Shown: piece by piece, positions 52,621-63,275 of the stretch
Position numbering within the stretch: the first letter of the stretch is position 1
Layout of the letters: each line of letters begins with the position of its first letter
From: Felis catus
Taxonomy: Eukaryota
Reading direction: 5' to 3'
DNA length: 64,000 nucleotides
NCBI RefSeq assembly: GCF_018350175.1
Contig: NC_058368.1
Location: 159,528,001 to 159,592,000 of the forward strand
Notes under the pieces: generated by a model
Databases searched by the model: none
What the model was told of the DNA's origin: nothing
Seen by the model: only the letters and a program-made list of their open reading frames with translations
Program-made: the position numbers and the translations under genes

Positions 52621-52769
52621 AGATTTAAACAGAAGGAGAGAGGGCTCTAAAGAGAGCGCTTTGGGGTAGGAGGCAGTGATTAATTCCTGACCAAAGAAAT
52701 TATTGTTCAAAAAGGAAAATGTGAGGGGGAAAATGCTATAAAGAATAGTATAGGGTCCATTGACAATGC

Positions 52770-53210
52770 AATATGAACTGTATTTACCTAAGACAAATGA
52801 AAATTTATGTTCATGCGAAAACTTGTATACTAATGTTCCTAGATGCTTTATTTGTGATAGCCCCAAACTCAAAATAATCCAGATGTGCTTTAAAAAGTAA
52901 ATAGATAAGGGGCACCAGGCTGGCTCAGTCAGTAGAGCACGCAACTCTTGATCTCAGGGTCATGAGTTTGAGCCCCATGTTGGGCATGGAGCATACTTTA
53001 AAAAAAATTTTTTTTTAAATAAATAAAGCACACTGATATAAAAAGTAAATAGATGAACTGTAGTATACCCATAAAATAGCATATTATTCAACAACAAAAA
53101 GAGCGAAGTATTGACAAACACAGCTACTGGGATAGATCTCAAGGGCTTTATGCTGAGGGAAAAAGCCAATCCCAAAAGATTGTATCATTTATAATTACAT
53201 TCATAAAACG
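52770..53210 (+). mobile_element. L1MC/L1MD-like 3' fragment, left part (continues at 55238)
   Basis: aatgaaaatttatgttcatgcgaaaacttgtatac...atgctgagggaaaaagccaatcccaaaag. Confidence 0.8.
52909..53025 (+). mobile_element. Short tRNA-like Can-SINE (SINEC_old-type)
   Basis: ggggcaccaggctggctcagtcagtagagcacgcaactcttgatctcagggtcatgagtttgagcccca; flanking direct repeat aaaagtaaatagat on both sides. Confidence 0.9.
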
Positions 53211-53296
53211 GTTTTTTTTGCACTTTTCAAATTAGCTCTAATGGCTATTACATTAATAAAATATTGGAAGAAGAGCTAATAATCCATGTTGTTTTA

Positions 53297-55237
53297 TAGT
53301 TTTAAGTTTTCATTTCAATTCCAGATAGTTAACATACAGAGTTACGTTAATTTCAAGTGTACAGTATAGTGATTCAACAGTTCTATATATCACCCAGTGC
53401 TTATAACCACAGAGTACTCCTTAATCCCCATCACTTTTTTAACCCATCCCCCCACTGGCTTCCCCTCTGGTAACCATCAGTTTGTTCTCTATAATTTAGA
53501 GTCTTTTTCTTGATTTCTCTCTCTCTTATTTTTTTTTCCCTTGGCTTGTTTGTTTGCTTGTTTGTTTTTTCCTAAAATTCCACATAAAAGTGAAATCATA
53601 TAGGATTTATCTTTCTTTGACTGACTTATTTTGCTTAGGATTTATTCTCTAGCTTTAGCCATGCTGTTGTAAATGGAAAGATTTCATTATTTTTTATGGT
53701 TGAATAATAGTCCATTGTATATATATATACCACTCTTCTTTATCCATTCAGAAATCAATGGATACTTGGAGTGCTTCCATAATTTGGCTATTGTTGATAA
53801 TGCTGCTATAAACATAGAGGTGCATGTATCTCTTTGAATTAGCATTTTTGTATTCTTTTGGTATATACTCAGTAGTGTGACTGCTGGATTTTAGGGTTCT
53901 ATTTTTATACTGTTTTCCAGAGTGACTATACCAGTTTGCATTCCCACCAACAGTGCAAGAAGGTTCCTTTTTTTCTCCACATCCTTGTCAATACCTGTTG
54001 TTTTTTTGTATTGTTGATTTTAGCCATTCTGACAGGTATGAGGTGATAGTTCATTGTGGTTTCAATTTGTATTTCTCTGATGGTAAGTAATGATGAGCAC
54101 TTTCCCTGTATCTGTTGGCCATCTGGATGTCTTTGGAGAAATGTCTATTCATGTCTTCTGTCCATTTTTAATTAGATTATTTGTGTTTTGGGTGTTGAGT
54201 TTTATAAGTTCTTTATTTTGGATACTAACTCTTTATCAGATATATCCTTTGCAAATATCTTCTCCTGTTCCATAGGTTGGCTTTTAGTTTTATTGATCAT
54301 TTCCTTTGCAGTGCAAAAGCTTTTTATTTTGATGAAGTTCCAATAGTTTATTTTTGCTTTTGTTTCCCTTCCCTCAGGAGACACATCTATAAAGAACTTG
54401 CTATGGCAAATGTCAAAGTAGTTATTTCCTGTGTTCTCTTCTAGGATTTTAATCATTTCAGGTCTCACATTTAGGTCTTTAATCCATTTTGAATTTATTT
54501 TTGTGTGTGCTGTAAGAAAGTGGTCTAGTTTCATTCTTTTGCATGTTGTTGTCCAGCTTTCCAAACACCATTTGTTGAAGAGATTGTTTTTTTCCCATTG
54601 GATATTCTTTCTTGCTTTGTTGAAGATTAGTTGACCATATAGCTGTTGGTCCATGTCTGGGTTTTCTATTCTGTTCCATTGATCTATGTGTCTATTTATG
54701 TGCCCGACCATACTGTTTTGATTCCTACACCTTTATAACATAACTTGAAGTCTGGAAATGTGATGTCTCCAACTGGAGATTCTAGACTCCGAACTTTCGA
54801 ATTCCAGACTTCACTCTTCTTTTTCAAGATTGCTTTGGCTATTTGGTGTCTTTTGTGGTTCCATATAAAATTTAGGATATTTTTTCTACTTCTGTAAAAA
54901 ATATTGTTGGTATTTTGATATGGACTGCGTTAAAAGTGTAGATTGCTTTGGGTAGTATAGACGTTTTAACAATATTTGTTCTTCCAGTCCATAAGCATGG
55001 AGTGTCTTTCCATTTCTTTGTGTTGTCTTCAATTTCTTTCATCAGTGTTTTACATTTTTCAGAGTACATAGGTCTTTCACCTCTTTAGTTAGGTTTATTT
55101 CTAGGTATCTTATTATTTTGGGTGCAATTGTAAATGAGATTGTTTTCTTCCTTTCTCTTTCTGCTGCTTCATTACTGGTATATAGAAGTGCAACAGATTT
55201 CTGTACATTGATTTTGTATACTGTGGCTTTACTGAAT
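53297..55237 (-). mobile_element. Carnivore L1, 5'-truncated (~1.9 kb ORF2 C-terminus plus 3' UTR), nested in an older L1
   Basis: ORFs 54202-54711 ([11 protein letters not shown]...NKWCLESW...[15 protein letters not shown]) and 54872-55069 are L1 ORF2p sequence. Confidence 0.95.
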
Positions 55238-55660
55238 TATAATACTTTTTTGAAATGACAAAACTATAGAAATAAAGAACAGATTAGTGGTCACCACGAA
55301 TTAGAGGATAGAATGTAGGTATAAGGGCTAACATGAGAGAGTATCAGGGGTTGATGGAACAGTTCTGTATTTTGATTGTGGTGGAAGTTACACAAATCTA
55401 TAAAAGGTGATAAAATTTCATAAAATAATACACAAAAAAATGCATGATAAAGCTGCTGAAATCACAGCTAAGGTCTGTAGTTAATAATAGTTTTATACTA
55501 TTGTTAATTTCCTGGTTTTTATCCTTGTTTAGATGTTAGGATTAATTAAGATGTTCTCATTGGGTGAAGCTGAAAGACTAGAATGCAGGAACTCTCTACA
55601 CTATTTCTGAAACTTGTATGTGAGTCTAAAATTATTTCAAAATAAAAAGTTAAAAATAAA
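55238..55660 (+). mobile_element. L1MC/L1MD-like 3' end, right part
   Basis: tgaaatgacaaaactatagaaataaagaacagattagtgg...gagtctaaaattatttcaaaataaaaagtt terminus. Confidence 0.85.
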
Positions 55661-57152
55661 AATACTCCTCTCAAACAGTATTCCCAGAGATTCCAGTTCA
55701 GTAGACTGAAGAGAGGAACAGGACTTTTTATTTTAGCAAGCTCACCAAGTGATTCTCATGAGCTGTTGCATTTGAAATTCCCTCATAAAATACATGATGT
55801 CCTCAAAAGATCCTTTGGCAATGAAGACAACAGCCAAGTTCTACACAATAGTTCCTATAATGCCTCTTATTGCAAACTGAAGTTATCATACCAGAAGACA
55901 GATAACAAATTCATGAGGGGCCAACATTGTGCACATCACATCCCTGTGGCATGGCTAGATTCCCAGATAGCAACTAGATGAAGGTTGGACAGCTTCAGAT
56001 CTTTTAAGCAGAACTCAATAAGCATTATTTCTTATGTTTAAATGTCTCATAAGATGTTTCATGTTTCCAAGTAAGGGGAGATGAACAGATGAACCTGGTT
56101 TGATATTACACCAAATGGTGAGGAAGGGTATTACAGAAGATCCCTACTTGAAGGGTAGACCTCCCACTTTCATACACAGTTGGGCTAAAGGAAAATATGT
56201 GAAAAGGACCAAGATTTTAATATGAAATCTACATAGAATTAAATGAGTCATAGATGCCTGAGGCAATATCTTTTAATTATAAGGAATCTAAAATGTGGTT
56301 TATCTTAATGAGTATCAGCTGAATTTAATGGGAAAGGTCTATAATGTGGTAAAGGCTCAGCACTTCTATATTTCTTAGTATCAACTTTTATCATTTTACT
56401 ATCATGAAAATTCATTCTCATGAAGAGAATGGCTAAGTCTAAATATCTTCCACCAGTTATTTTATTCAAGTATTAATTTGTTAATATAAAAATTAGATGG
56501 CTAATTAATATATATATATATACATATATATGTATATATATGAAAGAAGACAATTATTCATTAAATAGATGCATCTTTTAGCATCTCTACTTTATATCCA
56601 TTACTATGTTGGATATTGAGATTCCAAAATGAATAGTGTATTGTTTCTTTCCTTAAGAAGCCAGTGGCTACTGGAGTGAGAAAAAATTAAACCAACAACT
56701 GCAGTATATTAATTGATTATAGTATAGGTAATTTCTAATCTGAATCTTGAAAGCTGAGTATAATCTAGCTACATGAAGAAAAATATATAGTACATTATAG
56801 GGAGAGAGAAGAGTTTATGAGAATGCATAGAAGAATCCATTATGATGATGCATTCAGGTAACAGTGACTCTATCTGAGGTAAATGTTGCATTTGGGTGTA
56901 GGTGTGTAAGTGGCAAGAGATAGGTAAAGCCAGATAATGGTGAGGATCTCTATCATGACAGACTGCCATATAAGGCCACCTTGAAAGAATTCAAGCATTT
57001 TGAAAAAAGCTTGTAAGTAGTAGTGTTGTCATTGTACTGTAGTATGATTAAAGTAAAGGCAAGGAGAAAAATGAAATTATTGAACCAAGAAAATGGTTTG
57101 GGGTGCAGAAAAATTATCCGTTATGTTTATTTCCATTGTCATCACAACTTAC

Positions 57153-57292
57153 ACTCATTTTCGCACATTGGAACGACACTTCTTTGTTAAAGCAGCTGAA
57201 ATTAGTCAAAACCCCAAAGGTTGGTTACATTTCATCTACAGTCAAACCATCTGTATACGAAAATTTTAAAAATTTCATGTGTAGCCAAGTCT
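57153..57292 (-). ncRNA. Exon H (140 nt)
   Basis: Acceptor cttgtttttcttttaacag|AGACTT; donor GAGT|gtaagt. Lies only 63 nt from exon G. Confidence 0.55.
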
Positions 57293-57355
57293 CTGTTAAA
57301 AGAAAAACAAGTATCCTTTGGATTGGAAACACCATCTGGATCACTTAAAGCTTAC

Positions 57356-57389
57356 CAGGCACCAAATGCAGCACTGAAAAGCCTAAAGT
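57356..57389 (-). ncRNA. Exon G (34 nt)
   Basis: Acceptor ttttgttttgtttatatatttcag|ACTTTA; donor CCTG|gtaagc. Confidence 0.6.
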
Positions 57390-58627
57390 CTGAAATATAT
57401 AAACAAAACAAAATAAAACAAAATCTTAAAAGAGATTTCAGATCTTTACAAATTCCCTCCAGTAAGACAGGTTGACATTTTCTACACTGTACCTGTGTAC
57501 ATTAAAATGTCATGTTACTTCCTAGAAGGGATATTGTGAAGATTAACAAGATCATGTTTTAAAGCTCTTTGAGTTCCTCAAAGAGTAAAGCTCTGTTCAG
57601 TTCAGGTGTAACATTCATTTTTCAATGCATAGTCACTTGAATCCCAGTTACATGTGATATCAGAGTGAAGCAGACTCAACTTCCTTTCAAAGATCTTACT
57701 ACCTACATGAAATAGATAAATAAAATTCATTAGAGAATTATAATTATTAATGTTTGAATTACTGAACAAGAATTGTGCTAAATAACTGCATCCACATTAC
57801 TTATAGGTGTCTTGATAGGCCCTTAATAGTACAGAAAACGTTTTTTACTCATGTGATGAGAACGGAGGGATTTCCTCATTGATTATTTTGGTGGAGGGAA
57901 GGAAAGACTATTATTGCAGGTAAAAAGAAAGGTACAGCAAAAAAATAAGTTTTTAAAGTATAGGCAGTTCAAGTTTACTTATTTTAACCAATTCAAGCAA
58001 CCAATAATATGTATTAATAATATGCTGAGTACTCTGAGAAATTATAAAAAGCAGTAAACTCAACAAAATAATCAAAATCATTTGCTTTTTTAAAGAGACT
58101 TAAATTTTAATGGTGAAGATGTTATAAAGATAAATAGGTACATTCACAAACAATGGAAATATTGCCTGATATTTGCTCATAATACTGTCTATGAGATCTG
58201 TGCCAAAAGCTATTAAAAGTGAAGATCTGTGCTTCTATTAATTCATCCAAACGGCATTTATAGATTATCATCTGATATAAATCCTTTTGTAAATGGGCTA
58301 ATATGGCCTGAATTATAATTCCTTTGTTCATTCAAACATGTACTAAGACCCAATCACAAGGGCAAATACAAAATAAAATAAGCTGTAGTCAATCTCCCTA
58401 AGGTCGTTTTTCGATAGCAGTAGAGACATATTCTCAATTCATTTTATATGTAAGGTAGAATAGTAATTAAGATGTATAAATAATATAATGAAGTCTAAAA
58501 TACTAAGTCTGAAGTTCTGAAACTTAGTGACGTTTTGGAATCACTTAATTTTTTTCTTTAAGTAAAGTGTACAGCCCCCTCCTTCTGCCAATTCTGGTTT
58601 AATTGGGCTAGAATGGAACACTAGAGG

Positions 58628-58775
58628 GTTTTTTTTTTAATTAAAGTTTATTTATTTATTTTGAGAGAGAGAGAGCATGGGAGGGGTAGAGGGAGAAGGA
58701 GAGAGAGAGAGTCCCAAGCAGGCTCCGTTGCTGACAGCACAAAGCCCAACACAGGGCTCGATCTCACAGAGATCA
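58628..58775 (-). mobile_element. 5'-truncated Can-SINE
   Basis: T-rich tail, (GA)n tract, tcccaagcaggctcc core; the head is missing. Confidence 0.9.
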
Positions 58776-58778
58776 TAC

Positions 58779-58857
58779 CAGAAGGTAGTAGTCTACATTG
58801 ACAGCCTATTCCATCAGGAGCTATAGTTCTACAATTTGGAGTTCTCAGTTTTCCTTA
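58779..58857 (-). ncRNA. Candidate exon abutting a truncated SINE
   Basis: Acceptor tttatgtgttttgtttattag|TAAGG; donor TCTG|gtatga. Confidence 0.3.
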
Positions 58858-59788
58858 CTAATAAACAAAACACATAAAATAAAAATACAAGGGCATCTCT
58901 ATTTAAGAGTTTTGCAAGAAGTTCAACTTCCAGGTATTTGTGAACATTAGATTTACCATTTCCACAGCTATGATAAGAATACAAATCAGCCACAAGGTGA
59001 TCTTTTATTGAGCCAAGCCAAGAGAGGCTTAACATGAATAAAACCTCAGTACCAAAATGTACTATATTGAAGTCCTCAATCATGAATTACCCAAAAAATC
59101 TGAGACCAAAGTTTTACAGACTTATAAAAATATTTTCTCAGTAGCATCACACCTCCATGTAATATTTTTAAGCATGCTAAGTAAGTTGGATTCAGCACAG
59201 TTGGAGAAAAAGAATCATATAAATGAATAGGTAAGTTTCTTCACTGGGGGATTTTAAATATACCTACATTCACCTCCCCACCACCCTTCACTACTGTTTT
59301 TGAAGCTTCTTGCCTTGGATTAAAAACATGGTTCTGTTTAATTAATAAACCTAAATATATCTTCAGAATATACAACATTTTTATAAACCTAGAACTGTCA
59401 TCAAACACCCATAATGCCATTTTTCTAACTTAAATTTGCGATGCACCTATAGCTTGTTGGCAAGTTATTTTCTTGCAGTTTGGGATGTTAGAGTAAAATA
59501 TGGGGCTATATAAACATGCATGGGTAATATTTAAAGAATATTCTTTACAGCTACCATGCATGAGTAGTCAAAAGAAATCCTTTAACTATAAGCTTTATTT
59601 ACAGAAGAGATAATAAACATGTGCACTTTTCATCCTTTTCGGTTTTCTAAACATGACAAGGTAGGTCACTGTACAAGTATGTTTGTTATTGGGTCATATC
59701 ATTGTTTGTGGTGTTGGCCCCACTGAGGCATTTGGTTTTTATTCCTCATCTATTGCTATAAACCCCTCAATTTTTTTTCATCACTCAC

Positions 59789-59894
59789 ACAACGCATACT
59801 TAATAGTAGGCCTAATCACTACCAGAGGAGATATTGGGAGGCTGGAAGTCCATTGGCCGAGCAGTTTCTATCACAGAAATCTCCAGGTAAGCCT
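59789..59894 (-). ncRNA. Exon F (106 nt, or 95 nt if it ends at 59800)
   Basis: Branch-like ctaat followed by ctccttatacag|AGGCTT; donors TGT|gtgagt (59789) or TAA|gtatgc (59800). Confidence 0.5.
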
Positions 59895-60108
59895 CTGTAT
59901 AAGGAGTTCCATTAGGTGACATGAAATAATGTATCTAATTTACCAGAAGTGTCAATTCCTTGAAAATATTCAGGGACCAACAGTAGTGAATAATACACAG
60001 TGCAATTAGATATGTAAGAGATCTTTCTTATTTAGGCTAAATAGAAGCTGTAGACACTATGTGGCAACAACATAAAAGACAAAATATGGCAAGGACAGTT
60101 GGCCTCAC

Positions 60109-60168
60109 TTTAGTGCTTTCGATTTCATTATTAAACAAAGATAGAGATTGCCATAATGGTGGCATCTT
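60109..60168 (-). ncRNA. Exon E (60 nt)
   Basis: Acceptor tttctgtcctttgtttcag|AAGATG; donor TAAA|gtgagg. Confidence 0.6.
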
Positions 60169-60516
60169 CTGAAACAAAGGACAGAAATCAATATCTTCTG
60201 AGCAGGAAGCAATATCAATATAATATCTGAATCCTCCTTCTGAAGATGGCAAAAAGTGTTTCCTCAAGCAGCTGCTGAAATCCATTTTGCCTAATTTTCA
60301 CAAACAAAGAACATGATGGTTTCGTTTCCCTGACAACACTCTCACGTGTGACAGGCTTTCACCCTTTGTCTTCTGATCTGTGCCCAAGCAATAGACCAAC
60401 CTCTCAAATTAATCTTTGCATCCAGTGGGCAATCACAAGGCAAGTGGACACAGGTGTTCCTGAGGTCATTACTGTCATGTGTTGTATTAAAAATTGCAAA
60501 GATAAGAAAAGCTATA

Positions 60517-60850
60517 TGTCCTTGTCTATTTGGGCTGCTATAACAAAATATCACAGACCGGGTGGCTTATAAACAACATAAATTCATTTCTCAGTTTTGG
60601 AGGCGGGAATTCAAAAGATCAGGGTGCCAGCATGAAAGTGTGAGGAATCTTTTTCAGGTCCCAGACTTTTCTTTGTGTCTTCTCATGGTGGAAGGAATGA
60701 GGGATCTCTCTCTGGTCATTTCTATAAAAGAGATTCCATTCATGAGGGCCCTACCCTCATGCCCTCCCAAAGGTTCCACCCACCCTCCTTGAGGGTTAGG
60801 GTTTCAACATATGAATTTTGGAGAGACATGAGCCTTCAGACCATAGAGCA
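60517..60850 (-). mobile_element. MaLR LTR (MLT1A/A0-like)
   Basis: ttgggctgctataacaaaatatcacagaccgggtggcttataaacaaca...tttcaacatatgaattttgg. Confidence 0.9.
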
Positions 60851-62050
60851 CTATGTCTTCTGAAATGTTTGGGTTTTCCATGGCTCTAGTAATAGAAAAT
60901 GTGTGTTTAATCCCTTGTAAAATAGCAGATACAGGGTTTAGTGTTTTTTTAAGTGTTTTGTTTTGTTTTTGTAATGCTGGTGAAAAATAGTGCCTTGGAT
61001 TAATTTGTAGTAAATGTATGTAAGATATAAGAAATGGATTGGGGTGTTCATCCACTTCATGACAGAAGTTGTCTTTGGGAAAGGAGAGAAACTAATGGAA
61101 TAGCAGGGAGTTTTCATAGGAGACCAACTAAATTTGTAATGTTTTGTTTCTTTAAAAAATGATGGGGCAACTATAACTAGTGGTATGTTTTTAATATTGT
61201 ATGTCATGATGGATGTTTTTAATGTTGTTCTTTCATCTTTTTCTGTATCTTAAGATCTCAAAAAATTAAGAAAACAGGACTATTAGCTAATCACATGCCC
61301 ATTGTGCTGTCTCTTTTTGAAGGAGATGATTGCAATTAAAACACCCATCCTTGCTGTCCAATTAGCAGTTTGCATCAAAGAAATTTTCATTGGGTATTAA
61401 TCAATTCAAGATCACAATTTTAATGTCACCAGTCACCCTGCTTTTAAATAAATACATTAATATTCAAATTCATGTGAAAGTGCCCCATATATCTGATTAA
61501 CTGGAAGTTAGACAAGCCTTAATATATGCAGAACACCATTCATGTGCTCTAAAAAGCAAATGAAGAAGCTGGAATAAATATATTATGAGTTATATGTGTC
61601 TGTCTTTTATGGAAATGAACAAAAATCCCCTCAGGAAGATTCCAGATATTTGGCTGTTTTAGCATCAGTAAGGATAAGAATGACTACATTCATTTATAAT
61701 AAGTTATGAATAACATTTATATTACATATAGGTATCACACATAACAACTGCATGTGTATAGAATTTCTCTGAGTACTGTGTTGTTTATAAAAACCTTCCA
61801 AAAAGGATCCCCAAATTATTGATGACTGTTTACTTTCAGTCCATGAATCATTTCCTGAAGATATTTTACAATTGAGATTCAGCTGGGCTTTTAACTGATT
61901 TATTTATTAATTTTTTTGGTTTCCTTTTTTAAAAAAATCACCATTTCTGTTTTCAGATTATTCCCAGGTTTGGCCTATCTCATGGGTAACACCAGACACA
62001 TCTGTGATTTCTCCCAAAATGATGATAGCAACAATAGTGAGTGCACTTAC

Positions 62051-62212
62051 AAAATAAAGGCCAGAGAGCGAGAGTCTTTCCAAAACACAACAGGGAAAAT
62101 AACCCGAAATGAGAGAAATGAGATAACCAGCAGATGCTCCAGAATATGGAAGTCATCTGTAAGCGTTTAGTGGGATGGAGAATACTGAAACAGTTCTCCA
62201 TTTGCCAGACGC
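62051..62212 (-). ncRNA. Exon D (162 nt)
   Basis: Acceptor ctcatctgtctctatttcag|GCGTCT; donor TTTT|gtaagt. Confidence 0.7.
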
Positions 62213-62387
62213 CTGAAATAGAGACAGATGAGCTATTTCTCTGAACTTCAACAACAGCGCCAGCTGAAAAAGCAGACCCTTTCTGCCAAGGGTCACTTGC
62301 TGAAACTGTTGACTGTAAATCAGCGTTCTCTTTTTGGACTTAGGGTGCCCAAAAAACACAACCCAAATGTTCTTATGTGCATCTTAC

Positions 62388-62425
62388 CTGGGGCACAAAG
62401 ATGATCATCTGTCGTTGCTGAAGGT
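62388..62425 (-). ncRNA. Exon C (38 nt)
   Basis: Acceptor tttgtccccactttcacag|ACCTTC; donor CCAG|gtaaga (near-consensus); 175-nt intron follows. Confidence 0.7.
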
Positions 62426-62555
62426 CTGTGAAAGTGGGGACAAATAGTTTACATGTTTTGAACAAAGATAACTCATTATGAAATCCACATATTGTACATG
62501 CCATTTTTTCCCTTTCCTTGGCGAGTAAGAAATGTTCCCAAACGAAATAACCCAC

Positions 62556-62596
62556 CTTTCAGCTGCATTGGTAAATAGTGGTAAGGATATTTAGGT
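62556..62596 (-). ncRNA. Exon B (41 nt)
   Basis: Acceptor ccttttcatgactatttccag|ACCTAA; donor AAAG|gtgggt; 130-nt intron follows. Confidence 0.6.
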
Positions 62597-62678
62597 CTGG
62601 AAATAGTCATGAAAAGGCCCTTTATGTATTTTTTTCTCCCTAAAATAATTGCTGCTGCATTACACCATGTCTTCAAAC

Positions 62679-62786
62679 CTGTTTTAGAAGAAAGGAATGT
62701 CTTTGTGTGAAGTGTACTATCTGGAATCCTTTTCCTCAGATTGTTGAGATCATGAGTCTGTTTTTTTGCACTTGCTCCCAGGGTGT
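62679..62786 (-). ncRNA. Exon A (108 nt)
   Basis: Acceptor ttatttttaaatgtttcag|ACACCC with an upstream ctgac; donor ACAG|gtttga; 82-nt intron follows. Confidence 0.55.
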
Positions 62787-62849
62787 CTGAAACATTTAAA
62801 AATAACAGTGGGTAGTCAGAGCTGCTCGTGCTGGCAGCGGGTGCCTTAC

Positions 62850-62919
62850 AGTTTGCCGTCATATAAATGTCAATTTTGCTTTCACTTATGGAGCTAAGCA
62901 GAGATAAATCCCAGTAGCA
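62850..62919 (-). ncRNA. Candidate exon Z (70 nt)
   Basis: Minus-strand acceptor gacttctttcag|TGCTAC and donor AACT|gtaagg. The following intron would be only 63 nt. Confidence 0.35.
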
Positions 62920-63097
62920 CTGAAAGAAGTCTATAGATTTCATAGTTTCCTTCATTTCTGTGTGTGGCCTGACCACTCAAACCCAAGCCTCTCTGTTCCT
63001 CTCCATCCTGTTTAACTCCATTACTCTTTTCCTTTAATTTTTCCCGCTCTGTCAAGGGGCTAGCGGGATCGCTAGTGGAGTTAGGATACATTCTAGG

Positions 63098-63275
63098 CCA
63101 GTGGTTCTCATGCTGCGGTCCCAAGACAGCAATATCACCCAGGAACTGTTAGAAATACACATTCTTTATATCTCACCTATTGAAACCGAAACTCTGGAAT
63201 TGAGGTCCAATAATCTGTGTTTTAATAAGCCCTCCAGGTCATTCTGATGCACATCAAATTTTGAGAAACAATGGT
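63098..63275. mobile_element. hAT-Charlie MITE (MER5A-like)
   Basis: cagtggttctca...aatctgtgttttaataagccctccaggtcattctgatgcac...tttgagaaac. Confidence 0.88.

Larger units (their letters stand above)
57153..62919 (-). ncRNA. Putative multi-exon spliced long non-coding RNA, exon cluster (5' end probably outside or near the right edge of the window)
   Basis: At least 8 short unique-sequence segments on the minus strand, each bounded by a pyrimidine-rich YAG acceptor and a GT donor. The joined sequence has stops in all three frames; the longest ATG ORFs are 36 and 50 aa. Confidence 0.65.

Noticed and set aside
52909..52990. tRNA gene (also 63898-63975)
   Set aside because: A/B-box tRNA-like head, but followed by an A-rich tail, with a flanking direct repeat at the 52909 copy and a degenerate cloverleaf. 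These are tRNA-derived Can-SINEs.
54202..54711. 169-aa ORF, the longest in the window
   Set aside because: It is LINE-1 ORF2p C-terminal sequence from a truncated, decayed insertion, not a host gene.
59944..60048. Extra minus-strand exon between E and F (donor CTG|gtaaat)
   Set aside because: It would leave a ~49-nt intron before exon F and the acceptor is ambiguous; not supportable without reads.
62476..62976. 166-aa minus-strand ORF as a single-exon protein-coding gene
   Set aside because: It reads straight through three or more apparent splice junctions, is listed from a non-ATG start, and resembles no protein I recognise. It is better explained as a chance open frame over the exon cluster.
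63060..63075. ctagcg-ggat-cgctag hairpin as a structured RNA or miRNA
   Set aside because: The stem is only 6 bp, far too short for a pre-miRNA and expected by chance in 64 kb.
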